DNA from: an uncultured Clostridia bacterium
GTDB taxonomy: Bacteria; Bacillota; Clostridia; Christensenellales; UBA1242
Assembly (NCBI GenBank): GCA_937896905.1
Contig: CALBOE010000010.1
Coordinates: forward strand, 3,080 to 67,079
Direction: 5' to 3'
Length of the DNA stretch: 64,000 nt
Position 1 is the first letter of the stretch. The number at the start of each line of letters is the position of its first letter. The translations under genes and the position numbers were made by a program. The notes beneath the pieces were generated by a model that saw only the letters and a list, made by a program, of their open reading frames with translations, was not told the origin of the DNA and made no database searches. This document shows, piece after piece, positions 37,757 through 49,300 of this stretch.

Positions 37757-38752
37757 CTATAATTCAATTTTTAAAAATTCTTTGTTTTTAATAAGTAATT
37801 TTCCTGCCCCTAAAATAACCGCATCTGCAGGATTTTCTATTACGAAAATTGGAAGATCTAGTTTGTTTTTTGCATATTCGTAAAGCCCAGGTATTGTGCT
37901 AGCACCGCCAACGAACGCAATTCCGGTGTTATAAACATCTTTTTTAACGTCTTGCGGAAGCTTTTCTAAACATTCGCCAATAAACTTAAAAATTGCGTCA
38001 TACACATTGCAAATTGCAACTTTTGTTTCGCTTGCTGTTATTTCGTGTTTAACAAGCTTGCCGTTGTCGTCTTGCCCCAAATAGTCGGTTTGGTTTAAAT
38101 CCTTATCGTATAAAGAAGCAATTTCATTTTTAATGGTTTCACTTGTGCGGTTGGAAACTTTTAAATTGTGATTATCTGCAATAAAGGTGGAAATGCTTTT
38201 GTCCATATCCTCACCGCCAATAAAATACAATCTGCCAAAACTAAAGTTATATTCGTTTAGCACAGATATATCGGTTACAAATTTACCAATATCCACAACC
38301 ATTAAATGTGCATGAGAATCTATTTCCATATTTGTTTGAACGCACACAGCGTTTTGCACAAACTCAACTTTGTTTACACCCGATTGATTTAACACCCTTT
38401 TAATTAACTTTAACTGGTTTTCGTTTAGCGCGCACGGAACTGCAACAAGAGCGTATAATCGGCTTAACACTAAACGATCCTTAATAACATTGTTCAATAT
38501 TTCGTCTATAAGCAAAACAGCCATTTTTTCGTCCACCACTTCGCCATTAACTATTGGGCAATACACGGTGGCTTGATTTGTTTTAGATAAAAACATTTTT
38601 TCTGCTTTTTTGCCTATTGCTTTAACCTTTATTTTGTTGCCGCTTTGGTCAACTGCAAGATAGGCAGGTTCTTTTGCAATAATTCCTAACCCTTTCCTGT
38701 AAACAATAATCTCATTACTGCCAAACTTAATTGCTAAATCTATATTGAACAT
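37757..38752 (-). CDS. MreB-like actin-fold protein with divergent nucleotide-binding motifs
   Basis: Collinear with MreB (KEPAYLAV, MVVDIG, VGGASTIPGL, ENPADAVILGAGK), but phosphate-1 reads KFGSNEI and phosphate-2 reads GKFVT. Confidence 0.7.
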   Translation of the reverse strand: MFNIDLAIKFGSNEIIVYRKGLGIIAKEPAYLAVDQSGNKIKVKAIGKKAEKMFLSKTNQATVYCPIVNGEVVDEKMAVLLIDEILNNVIKDRLVLSRLYALVAVPCALNENQLKLIKRVLNQSGVNKVEFVQNAVCVQTNMEIDSHAHLMVVDIGKFVTDISVLNEYNFSFGRLYFIGGEDMDKSISTFIADNHNLKVSNRTSETIKNEIASLYDKDLNQTDYLGQDDNGKLVKHEITASETKVAICNVYDAIFKFIGECLEKLPQDVKKDVYNTGIAFVGGASTIPGLYEYAKNKLDLPIFVIENPADAVILGAGKLLIKNKEFLKIEL

Positions 38753-38765
38753 AATAATTCACCCC

Positions 38766-40271
38766 TTATAAAATTTGCAAATTTTTGCCGTAAACCTTTT
38801 TAAAATCGCCCGCAATGCTCATTGCCTGGCAAATTTCTAATGTTGCATCTCTTTCAACTTCTGTTTTTAAAATTACAGTGTCACCCAACACATCACATTC
38901 AATATCCTTAACAGAATTAGAATTGGTTATGTTAAGCATTGTTGCCATTTTTATGATTAATGCTAGTTTTTTAACTGCATCTAAATCGTCTTCTGTTACA
39001 ATATCCTTATATCTAACCCAATCGTTCAAACTAAAATCATCTATATTTTGGCTGCTTGCAACAAACGCCGCCAAAACAATATCTTTGTGCGAAGCCCCAT
39101 AAATGTTGCTGTGGATAATAACTGGGAAATTGTTTTTTTGATAGTTTTCAAACGAAATTCGTTTGCCCGACATACACATACTTGCCGCAATTCTTAACAC
39201 CTTAACGTAAGGACGAGTTAATTTGTGCAAAACCTTAAGTTGCTTATACAAAATAACTGCCAACGAATAAATATTGTCCGAATTAATGCTGGTTGGGTAA
39301 AACTCATTAATAGAACTTAAAGAATAACCTAAAATATCTAGCAATGGCTTTTCACCAGTTTGGCCAAGCAGATTTTTTGCAACAATTCCATATAGTTCAG
39401 TGTTTGTGCACACTTTTATTGTGTTGCTGCCAACTTTATTGTAAATCGCCTTGGCAATTGCAATTCCAAGAGCAACAACATCTGCACGTTTCTCGCTTAT
39501 GCCTTTAAGTTTTTTCGCCTTATCTAAATCTAACCCGTGAATAAGCGAATATACATTTGCAAAACTCTCGGCATTAATTTCGTAGTTGTGGGCAAGGTCT
39601 AATGGATATCTTGTTGCCCTGCGTGCAAGTTTGCCAATAGAGTTAAAAACTTCGCCAACGCCAATAACCTCACTATCTGCATCTAAATCGGAAATCCAGT
39701 CCAACTTTTTAATTTCCTTAGCAAATTCTTCAACAACCGCATCCATTTGATTTGCAATTGGTTTCCCTGCAAGAGCATTAATCATTGTTGTTGAACCAAA
39801 TGGCAAAGAAATGCTGTTTGTTATAACCCTGCGGTTAAATTTTATAATTTCGGTTGAATAATCGCCTATTTTAATTATTAGTCCTCGTGTCATTGCAAAA
39901 GAATATAGAATGGTGCTGTGCAATGCCGAAATTTGTTCCTCTGAACTAAGCACTTTAAAGTAGAGCGAAACGGTTTTATACACCTCGTCTAAAAACGCAA
40001 TTTGATTTCTTGCATTTGCTAGAACTGGGCTGGCATAGCAAAGTATGTTTTCAATTTTTGCATTATCTACAATTCTTCTTAAATTTTTTAAAACCGCAAT
40101 AGTTTCTTGAATTCTGGCTGGCTTAATGTAGCCATCTCTTTCCATGTCTTGAATAAGTTTAATTGGTTCAATTATTTGTTGTTCGGTGGTAAAATATCCG
40201 TTTGTGGAATATTGGAAAATGGTCAACTTAACATCGTTAACTCCCAACTCAAAAACCGCCAATTTTTCCAT
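38766..40271 (-). CDS. Ppx/GppA-family phosphatase-like protein, divergent
   Basis: ASKHA pattern FELGVNDVKL ... SSEEQ ... IKIGDYSTEI plus a helical C-terminal half; start set at ATG 40271 behind SD AAAGGAG. Confidence 0.6.
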   Translation of the reverse strand: MEKLAVFELGVNDVKLTIFQYSTNGYFTTEQQIIEPIKLIQDMERDGYIKPARIQETIAVLKNLRRIVDNAKIENILCYASPVLANARNQIAFLDEVYKTVSLYFKVLSSEEQISALHSTILYSFAMTRGLIIKIGDYSTEIIKFNRRVITNSISLPFGSTTMINALAGKPIANQMDAVVEEFAKEIKKLDWISDLDADSEVIGVGEVFNSIGKLARRATRYPLDLAHNYEINAESFANVYSLIHGLDLDKAKKLKGISEKRADVVALGIAIAKAIYNKVGSNTIKVCTNTELYGIVAKNLLGQTGEKPLLDILGYSLSSINEFYPTSINSDNIYSLAVILYKQLKVLHKLTRPYVKVLRIAASMCMSGKRISFENYQKNNFPVIIHSNIYGASHKDIVLAAFVASSQNIDDFSLNDWVRYKDIVTEDDLDAVKKLALIIKMATMLNITNSNSVKDIECDVLGDTVILKTEVERDATLEICQAMSIAGDFKKVYGKNLQIL

Positions 40272-40554
40272 TTGTAACTCCTTTAATTTACACCCTATAT
40301 TTAACATTAATTTAACATATAGTCAATACCTTTTTTGAAATTTCTTTTAAAAATTTTTTAAAGCTTTTTTCTCAAAATTTTTAGGGAAATAATTCAAAAA
40401 AATACATGAAAATTTTAACGAAATATATTTTTAATTTAAATAAAATTATTGCAAAAAAATAAATAAAATGTGCTATTTTGTACTGTTTTTTGCAATTTTT
40501 AGTGTATTTTTTACAATTTTTTATAAAATTTTAAATAAAAAGGAAAAATAATTT

Positions 40555-41256
40555 TTAATCAATTAATTTTCCTATTTCGTTTTCGAATTGTTTGAATGCT
40601 AAATTAGAATAATTTGGTGCAACTTTAAACACCATGTTCTGCTTACTTATTGGGTGCACAAAACTTAGTTTGAATGCCCACAAAGCAAGGTTTCCTTCGT
40701 GCTGTTTATCGCCATACTTAAAGTCGCCATAAATTGGCAAGTTTAGTTGCGAAGCCATTTGCACCCTAATTTGATGGCTTCGGCCAGTTATTAAATTAAT
40801 TTGCATTAAAGAAAGTTTGTGTTTTGTTGCAAGAAGAGTGTACTCCAATATTGCCTCTTTACTTCCTTCTTCAAGTTGTGGCGCAATTTTAACCGTGTTG
40901 GTTTTTTCGTCTTTTTTAAGATATGTTACCAATTTGTTTTCTGCAATTTGAGGCCTGCCGTTAACAACACACAAATATTCTTTTTTCATATCTTTATTTT
41001 TAAGTTGCGCAGTTAAACGTGCGGCCGCCTTGCTGGTTTTTGCAAACACCATAACCCCGCCCGTTGGCCTATCTAACCTATGCACTAAACCTAAAAAAAC
41101 ATTTCCAGGTTTATTATCCCTTTCCTTAATGAAATTTTTTATTATTGTTAGCATGTCAACATCGCCACTGTCGTCTGCCTGAACAGAAATCTTGTGTGGC
41201 TTAATAACAACAACAATGTGATTATCTTCATAAATTATTTTTGGTTCAAGTTTCAT
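40555..41256 (-). CDS. RluA-family pseudouridine synthase (no S4 domain)
   Basis: Catalytic HRLDRPTGGVMVFAKT motif and GRSHQIRVQ. Confidence 0.85.
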   Translation of the reverse strand: MKLEPKIIYEDNHIVVVIKPHKISVQADDSGDVDMLTIIKNFIKERDNKPGNVFLGLVHRLDRPTGGVMVFAKTSKAAARLTAQLKNKDMKKEYLCVVNGRPQIAENKLVTYLKKDEKTNTVKIAPQLEEGSKEAILEYTLLATKHKLSLMQINLITGRSHQIRVQMASQLNLPIYGDFKYGDKQHEGNLALWAFKLSFVHPISKQNMVFKVAPNYSNLAFKQFENEIGKLID

Positions 41257-41265
41257 AATTTCCCT

Positions 41266-42108
41266 TTAAAATGTTTTAATTGCACTGCAACCGCAAGGCA
41301 AAACAATTCTTTCTTCATTTGTTGGCAAACCCACTTCGTAGCACTCTGTTTTGCCACCTTTAATTGTTGAGTTAAGTATGTTTGCCATAACTGTTGGCTG
41401 AAGCCCTGTTGTGTAGCTATTTATCAACACAAACAATGGATTTTCGCTTAGCAAGTTTCCGCACAAACGCACAAAGTTGAAAATGTTTTCTTCTATTTTC
41501 CAGGTTTCACCGTTGGGGCCTCTTCCAAAAGATGGTGGATCCATAATAATTGCATCATATTTGTTGCCACGCCTAATTTCTCGTTCCACAAACTTTAAAC
41601 AATCGTCTTGAATGTAGCGAATGTTGCTGATATTGTTTAATTTGGCATTTGTTTTTGCAATTTCTATCATACTTTTTGCGGCGTCAACATGAGTTACCGA
41701 AGCGCCAGCAAGCGAGCAAACAACGCTTGCCCCACCCGTATATGCAAACAAATTAAGAATTTTTATTTCTCGTTTAGACGATTTTATTAAATCTGTCATT
41801 ATATCCCAATTAACCGCTTGCTCTGGGAAAAGACAAATATGTTTAAAACTCATTGGTTCTATGTGAAATTTTACGCCAAGACGCGAAATCACTAAACTTT
41901 GTGGCATTTTTGCAGATTTTTGCCACGCGCCCGACTTATTTATGCCACGTTTATAGCACGCATCCACCTTTGTTGAAAGGCTCTTATCTGTGTTCCAAAT
42001 AACTTGCGGATCTGGGCGCAAAAAAGTATATCCACCAATTTGCTCTAGCTTTTCGCCATTTGCAGTGGACAGCACCACATAATCTTTCCAATGTTTTGCA
42101 AGTTTCAT
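41266..42108 (-). CDS. Class I SAM-dependent (rRNA large-subunit type) methyltransferase
   Basis: NLFAYTGGASV SAM motif I and IIMDPPSFGRG motif IV. Confidence 0.75.
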   Translation of the reverse strand: MKLAKHWKDYVVLSTANGEKLEQIGGYTFLRPDPQVIWNTDKSLSTKVDACYKRGINKSGAWQKSAKMPQSLVISRLGVKFHIEPMSFKHICLFPEQAVNWDIMTDLIKSSKREIKILNLFAYTGGASVVCSLAGASVTHVDAAKSMIEIAKTNAKLNNISNIRYIQDDCLKFVEREIRRGNKYDAIIMDPPSFGRGPNGETWKIEENIFNFVRLCGNLLSENPLFVLINSYTTGLQPTVMANILNSTIKGGKTECYEVGLPTNEERIVLPCGCSAIKTF

Positions 42109-42177
42109 TTTTCCCTCTTGTTCTTTTTTTTGGGTTTATTATAAATGTTCTTGAAAATTTGTCAATAGGTTTAGTTA

Positions 42178-42894
42178 TTAATATATATCTAATATCTTCT
42201 TCATATCAATAATATCTGCCGAAGATATAATTCCAAGCGGCTTACTTGTATCTTTACCATCTTTTGTTATCAATATAATTAGCAGTTTTCTGTTATTTTC
42301 AAAACAATTCATTGCGGCTTCTATTGAAATGTGTTCGTCGGCAAGCATAAAATAATAATCCTCGCCCATATCTGCAATAACTTCACTAACCATTGCTGTT
42401 TCAATGTAGTTTTGAATGTTTGCGCCCTCAGATATTTTTGCACCTAAAACATTAACAATTTTTCTGCCGTTTAAAACTCCAATTAGTTTGTTTTTGGAAT
42501 AAATTGGCAGGTTAGAATACCCCGTTCTTGCCATAAGTTCAATGGCTTCGCCAATTTTCATGCTGTCTTCAATAAGAATAACTTCCTTATTTCCAACTCT
42601 ATTAAGTGCAAGCGGCGGTTCACTTATTAACTCAGCCAACTTTTCAATTTTATCCACAATATCATCATGCGGTTCTGCTATAACAATATCCTCGTTGCCG
42701 CTATGAATAATTGAATTGCGAAGACGACCAAAATCCACTAAATCTTCTTCATATTTTCTAACAATTGAATTAAGCACAACACTTCTGCGTATTACGTCAC
42801 TAAAAGACATGCTTCTTTTAAAGCCATATATAGTTCTTAACGCATAATCTATGCGGTTGTAAGCATTTATAAATCGTTTTGCATTGGTTTCCAT
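42178..42894 (-). CDS. CBS-pair protein with an N-terminal helical RX4H (HEPN-like) module
   Basis: Two CBS repeats in the C-terminal ~140 aa; N-terminal 95 aa contains FGRLRNSIIHSG. Confidence 0.6.
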   Translation of the reverse strand: METNAKRFINAYNRIDYALRTIYGFKRSMSFSDVIRRSVVLNSIVRKYEEDLVDFGRLRNSIIHSGNEDIVIAEPHDDIVDKIEKLAELISEPPLALNRVGNKEVILIEDSMKIGEAIELMARTGYSNLPIYSKNKLIGVLNGRKIVNVLGAKISEGANIQNYIETAMVSEVIADMGEDYYFMLADEHISIEAAMNCFENNRKLLIILITKDGKDTSKPLGIISSADIIDMKKILDIY

Positions 42895-43011
42895 AATTTA
42901 CCTCTTTGTTTTATTATATCATATTTTTGTTTTATTGTATATTAAAAATATTAAAATCGTTAACAAAACTAGGGCAATTTTGTTAATAATTAAAAAATGT
43001 TTGCAAAATGA

Positions 43012-43040
43012 TTGAAATTTTTTATGTTTTTGTGTATAAT
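43012..43040 (+). promoter_or_regulatory. Promoter of the SRP RNA (TTGAAA-17 nt-TATAAT)
   Basis: TTGAAA 43012-43017, TATAAT 43035-43040. Confidence 0.65.
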
Positions 43041-43049
43041 ATAATTGAG

Positions 43050-43330
43050 TTGTACTAGGCGGGGAGCTAGTGGTGCCCTACACCCACAATCCACTACAGT
43101 GGGGCTGAAGTGCTTTACTAGGGGCAACGTTGGTTGTGTTGAGTAGTTTTAACGCATGTTGAAATCAAGGTCTTATACAATATTGCCCTACGAATCATGT
43201 CAGGGCCGGAAGGCAGCAGCATTAAGCAGGATACAGTATGTGCTATGAGTGTGCTTTGGTGGAGTGCCTTAAAGTTATGCCAGCAGTTAACTTGTTTCGA
43301 ATTTAGCACGTGCAACTTACCATTTAACAA
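43050..43330 (+). ncRNA. ffs: Signal recognition particle RNA, long Bacillus-type with Alu domain
   Basis: 5' GGCGGGGAGCTAGTGGTGCCC resembles the B. subtilis scRNA Alu domain; domain IV motif GTCAGGGCCGGAAGGCAGCAGC at 43199-43220; ends uncertain by about 10 nt. Confidence 0.85.
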
Positions 43331-43348
43331 GCAACAGCTTGTTTTTTT
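43326..43348 (+). terminator. SRP RNA terminator
   Basis: AACAAGC / GCTTGTT stem followed by TTTTT. Confidence 0.65.
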
Positions 43349-43352
43349 GTTG

Positions 43353-43384
43353 CAAAAAAAGAGATAGGCTACCAGCCTATCTCT
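43353..43384 (-). terminator. Giant-gene terminator overlapping its stop codon
   Basis: AGAGATAGGC / GCCTATCTCT 10-bp stem with a T7 run on the minus strand. Confidence 0.7.
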
Positions 43385-46300
43385 TTTAATGATGTGTAGG
43401 TTATGTTAAGTTGAACATTTCCTCTTGCAAAATATTCTAATATTAATTCACCATTTTCTATTCTAACGTTATACTTATTGCCTAAAGTATCCGTTATTTC
43501 GCCACTGCTATTTATAGACGCTCCATCTGTTTCATCAACGTTAAATTTGGCGCCTTCTTCAATTGAAATTATTAAATCTGGCACAGCATTGTTTCCACTG
43601 AATTTAACCGAACTTAATTGTCCCCATTGTGTGCTTAACACAAATTTAACTTGGAACCATTTGTTTGCCTCTATAATTCCTGTTTTGCTCCAACAGGTTA
43701 AAACGTCTTCTTGGCTCATATTTTGAGGATTGCCAACTTCCCTAATTTGATAACCCAAAACAGGCTCAATATCATAAGTGTTAACGTACGCTGTAACATC
43801 AACAACCTTGTGGTTTGTTAGAATAATTGAAGTATTAATTTCTTCAAGTTGACCGGTTGTTAAATCTTGGCTAAGCTGAATTTTAACTTGACCAACCCAT
43901 TCTGGTTTTGCTGTTACTTTAATTGGAATTTCTGTTCCTTTAGGGTAATATTTTTTAACATCGTCTGCTTCTAATACATAACCGCCCGTGTCGATTGGAT
44001 TTAAATATTCTGCACCACTAACCACATTCAATGTTAATGTGAATTTTTGAACAGATTTTAAACCTAATGTTAACTCGAAATCTGCTTCGCCCGCAAGAAT
44101 TTTTGCCATTGCCTCGCCAGATGTTATTTCACTTAACAAGGCTGACGTAATTTCAATGCTGCTTTGTGGAGCCAATCCATTTCTTCTAATTGGAACTTCG
44201 TTTCCATTAGCGTTTAAATAGAAATAATAGTCAAGTTGTTCTGTTTCGTCGTTAGTGCGAACAAAGGAAATTTCTCTGCCAACATATAGATTTTCTATTT
44301 TGCGATAATATCCATCGATTTGTACTTCGTTTGGCGCACTTTTTATTGTGTAGTTACTTAAGCCATTTGAATCCCATTCAACACGTGTATCGAACTTAAC
44401 ATTAACATTTAATTTCTTTAAGTATATTGTGTATGTTCCACCTTGGCCGTAACCTTTGTCATCGTCTGGAACAAAGCTTTCTGTTATTATTAATGTGCTG
44501 TCCACCAACGCATAATTTTTCAAACTTCCTTTGTTGTGAGAAACTTGACCACTGTAAATTATACCCGTGTTTAATGAATTGAATTTAACTTTTATTCCTT
44601 GCTTTTCATAAACGCCAATTAGCACAGTGGAGCCGCTAGTTTCTGCCACCACATTTCCGCCAACAAACACTTCAAAGTTTCCGTAATTGTTATGTTGCGT
44701 TGTTCTACCATCTTCAATTGCAAAACCAATAACCACTTGGTTTTTACCCATTTCTTCTAGCACAACATCAATTGCCATACAACTTAATTCACCCTCAACT
44801 GGCTGATAATCAAAATCTGCAACTTGAATTATTCTAGAAGCCGTATGGTTATATCCCTCATAAACTCCATGAATGACACCATTAATCATAACGGTTAAAA
44901 CATAATGTTCTGCCACGCTTGCTTTGTAAGAAATTTCATCTCCCATGTACACTGCATTATTGTTTACGTAATTTTCACCACACTTTAACTCATACGTAAA
45001 CGACATAACATTGCGAACCGAATCGAAATCTATTGTGCCATAACTATTCCCCTGCTTTAGTTTGAATGTAACATTCACTGGCAATGGTCTTGGCACAAAG
45101 CGCACAGTTAAAGTTATGTTATCGTAAACTTCGAAGTTTGCCAAGTTTGCATAACTTTCATTTTCATTTAACACAAGTCCTGCCGAATCTTTAACAGTTA
45201 TTTCGCAATCGTTATAGTAATTTGGGTTAAATGCTGAAGTTAACTCGTTAACACGACCACGATAAGTGATTGCAGTTGCTGTTTCACTAAAATTAGAGTT
45301 TGGTTGTAAGGTTAATTTTGCATCGTTGTTTGTTCCGCAGTTAACAACAACTTCCCTTACAGTTGAATTTGTGTCGTGTTCTTGTGGAGCATATGGTGCA
45401 GCTGCATTAATTGTTATTTTAAATATTTCACGGCAGTTTGCAATAAATTTAAATACTCTATTTGCTGATGGCACAATTGTTCCTTCAACATAACTCTCTA
45501 TAAGGTATGGTAAATCTTCCAAGAAGTTTGTTGTTAGCCCTGGCCTATCACCTGCATAGCAAGGGAAAACATGCTCTAAATATTGCAATTCTTTGCTGTT
45601 AGAAGCAATAGCATACGCCCATGTTTCGAATATTGCATAATTTTTGTTATTATAATGCCTGCCATAGCAACCTAAACCGGTTAACAGTTCAAAAATGTTT
45701 GTTAATTCAATTTCTCCACCATTGTCTGTAACTTTCCAGCCGTTTGCAGAAGCTGGTGCTCTGTTATAAATATACTTTTCTCCTAAATCAGCAGAGCCAT
45801 TGCTTTCATCAATATACTTAACAATAAAGTCGAATTTATACATTGCAGTGTTAACTTTAATCTTGCCAAGATGTGTTTCACAATCGGTATGCCCTACGCT
45901 ATCTGCACAAGTATCGTCTACCGAATAGCTTGTGTGAACTGAATAGTAATTTTCCCTTAACCATGCGCCATCAATAAGCACACTATATTGTTGTTGTGCT
46001 GAATTTTCGTAGGTTTGAAGCACCGTTTCAGTTGTTTGTCCATCTATAGTTAACGTGAATGCATTTGCACTAAATTCATAGCCGAGTGCCGCCAAATATT
46101 TAACCGTAATGTAACTGTTTACATTAATGCCAGTTAAAACGTAATTGCTTTGCCCAGTTACTCCATTAGACAATTCAAACGTTCCTTGAGTGTCGTCCCC
46201 CGAACTCATTGCAAAGGTTAAGCCATATGCAATTTTTTCGTAGTTTGCCGTTAAATTAAATATTGTTGAATGCTTATAAATATCAAATATCGCGTTATTA

Positions 46301-49300
46301 ACTTCACCATTTTCGTAGCTTGTTTTACCTGCTCCATTTTGCTTAGAAATGCTAAATAATGATGTATTATCTGGATTTAACAAATCTGCCGAAACAAACC
46401 TATAACCAATCATTTCGTCATATTTGCCCGAATTCATTGCAGGAACATCTTTGCTTTGGTCGTAAACTTGCACGGCTAAATTACAACCTGAATACAACAT
46501 TAAATATGTCATATTGTTTTTCTCTAAAATTCTAACTAGGCCATTAGAGTATTTATAGTTTTTAGTGCTGGAAACAATTTGAGTTTTTTCATCTAAATCC
46601 ACAATTGAAGATGCTAGATAATACTGCATTTTCTTTAGTGAGCTTGTTGAACTCATTGCAATATATGAATTTTCTCCAATACCGCCTTGCTCAGTCGTAT
46701 ATGTATCTTTTATGGTTATTACCATATAGCCGTATCTATCTAAACTGTTATTTATTAGTGTTCTTGCATTAATTAAATAACTTTTTCTAAAATACATTGC
46801 CGTGAATATTTCACCTTGCAATTGGTTCCAAGTGGTTGTTGGAGTTCCAATAACTGTGTCGGCATAAATTTCGTTGTTAAATTCATTTGTTTTATAGAAA
46901 TAGTTTGATGTACCCTTAACACTCTTCCATCCTACCAACACATAGTGTTGATTTACAAATATAGGCAAGGTTGTGTTATCGTCATCTTCGCTAGCTTCAT
47001 TTAAATTAATGCTGTTTGTATCTGCCAAGAAGATATAGAAACCATCGTTGTGATAGTATACTTTCTTTTGATAGTCGTGCTTTCTTGTTAGTATTAGGTC
47101 GTTCCATGTTGTTGCTTCTGTGTGTATTGTGCCAGCATAAGCATCTGCCCACATAAAGTTGTCTAACTTTGCTGAAGTTATAAATTCAAACTTGCCATCT
47201 TCGTCATTTATTTGAATATCACTTAATGAGTCTGCAGAAGCATTTAATACTGGTCTGCTTCCATCGGCGTCACCCGCCCATCTGTAAACTGTGTTTTTAT
47301 AAGCCAACTCAAATTCGCCATTTATGTTGGTTTTATTGCAATCAGTTAAGGTTATTTTGTGCAAGTTAATTGTTATATGCGCAGTTAATTCAACCTCGTA
47401 GTTTGCAGGAACAATTGTGCTTCCATAAGCAACTTTCGAACGCAGCGTAAAATCTGAATTTATTGGATTATGGTAGTTCCATTTTGTTGCAGTTTTTGCA
47501 ATTGAAGCACCTGATTTTGTTATGAAGTGTGAAACGTTATTTGCATTTCTTGTTATAAGTTCATACGCACCATCAAACATGAATGATGTTGTGTTCGAAC
47601 TTATGTTCGTGCCCTTAGGCGTAATTTTTACAATAGCCCATGTTGGTTTTAGGGTTACTTGTGTTCCACACATATCCGCCAATGCCGAACCTTTTAGCAA
47701 GTTGTTTAAATATGTAACATATCCGCCTATGTTTTCCCATGTGGTGTTACCCAATAAAGACGTTGCAATATTGTTTGTAACTCCAGTTTTGTGAGTTAAG
47801 GTTCCGTTTTTAACATCAAACGAATATGTCCCACGAGTATTAATAAAATATGTTTGCCAGTGGGTTATTTCGTAACCGTAATTATATAAATCGTAAGTGG
47901 TTGCCTTGTTGTTTAACGTGAACGCTGTAACATCTTCTCCAACTTTACTAAACGCTTTTCCAGATTGATTTTTGTAGAATATGGTTGATGTTTTTCCGTT
48001 TTCAACAACAAAACTTACCGCACCAGGGATTGTGTTTAAGCCATCTCCACCAACAACCGCAAACAAACTTTTGTCATTATTTGGCTGATTTGCACCTTCA
48101 TAATTATCCCATAAAGAGTTATCTCCTCTAAACATTGTGAAGTTAATATCTACCGACCAATCGGCAATAATGTCGAATGGAGGATTGTTGCTTGTTTGCC
48201 TTAAATTACCATAAGATGGAGTTTCTCCTCCACAATATAATTTGTTAACTTGAACATATGTGTTTCCATCAATATTTGTGCTGGTTTTTTGTGCATCAAT
48301 TTCTAAGTAAATTTTTACGCCAGATGACGTTAATGTCATTTTATTGCCCGAAATTGCCACTGTGTATTGATTGCTTAATGTTTTTGCACCTTTATAGCCA
48401 ATAATCCAACCCTTAAACTCTGCGCCTGTGCGTTCTAATAAATCTTTCACCTCACCGGTTGGGGTAAATTGTGGCATTTCAATATTCGCGTATTCAACTG
48501 TATAGTTAATGGTTGTGTATTTTACCCAACCCTCAGTTTCGGTTGCCAAGTAGCCTAAATCTACCGAATACACAACAAGTTCATAAACGGCATACACATA
48601 AATGTCGTCGTCTGTGTGCCCAATAATTTTTGAATATGCCAAACCATTTGCCACATCTTCGCCAACCCAAGTTGAATTGTTCCAATATCCAACTTTATAC
48701 ACCACACTTCCGTAGCCCGGTTTTACGCTGGTTATTTTTGAACTTGCATTTCCATCGTTATATACTGAATGCGTTGCGCTATATTCTATTTTAATTTCTT
48801 CATTATTGTTTGTTATGCCATATCCATACCAAATTTTATTTAGGAACTCTTTCTTGCTCCATGTTGCAACTTCCACCGATGCGTCAATTGCTGGTTTTCC
48901 ATTGCTCCATGTTGTGGCGCTAACAGCATTGAAATAAACATCATATCGTTTTAGTGTGATAACTGCGTAAACATAAATTGTTTTAAATTGTGCGTCTTTG
49001 GCATTGGCTGGGAATATGGTTGAATCCACCCAAGAGCTTCCGTTCCAATAACCAATGTGATATTCAACATCTTTTGTTGATGTCATATATCCGTTAGCTA
49101 TGCTTCCACTTTTTATGTTAGATGTAAGTGTTACGTTGTCGCCATAATGACCAACATATTGCACTTGAACATTGTGCCCGCTTGCCGAAACTTCATATTC
49201 AATATAGCATGGAGAAAGTGTTGGCGATGTCCATTGTGCAATTCTTGTTGCAGCATCAACATTACTTTTGTTTGAACTCCACGCCTTTTCGCCAATAGCA

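Noticed and set aside
40308-40554. Short direct repeats (TTTTTTGCAATTTTT / TTTTTTACAATTTTT) resembling a repeat array
   Set aside because: This is low-complexity AT-rich promoter spacer with only two imperfect copies and no spacer-repeat periodicity. It is not a CRISPR array.
43118-43330. 70-aa minus-strand ORF from the ORF track
   Set aside because: It lies entirely inside the SRP RNA gene, antisense to the conserved domain IV motif, and has no SD. Treated as spurious.
43369-43440. Search for LPXTG or another C-terminal sorting signal at the end of the giant protein
   Set aside because: The C-terminus (...NITYTSLKEIGW) has no LPXTG, hydrophobic tail or charged anchor, so no sortase-type anchoring is claimed.
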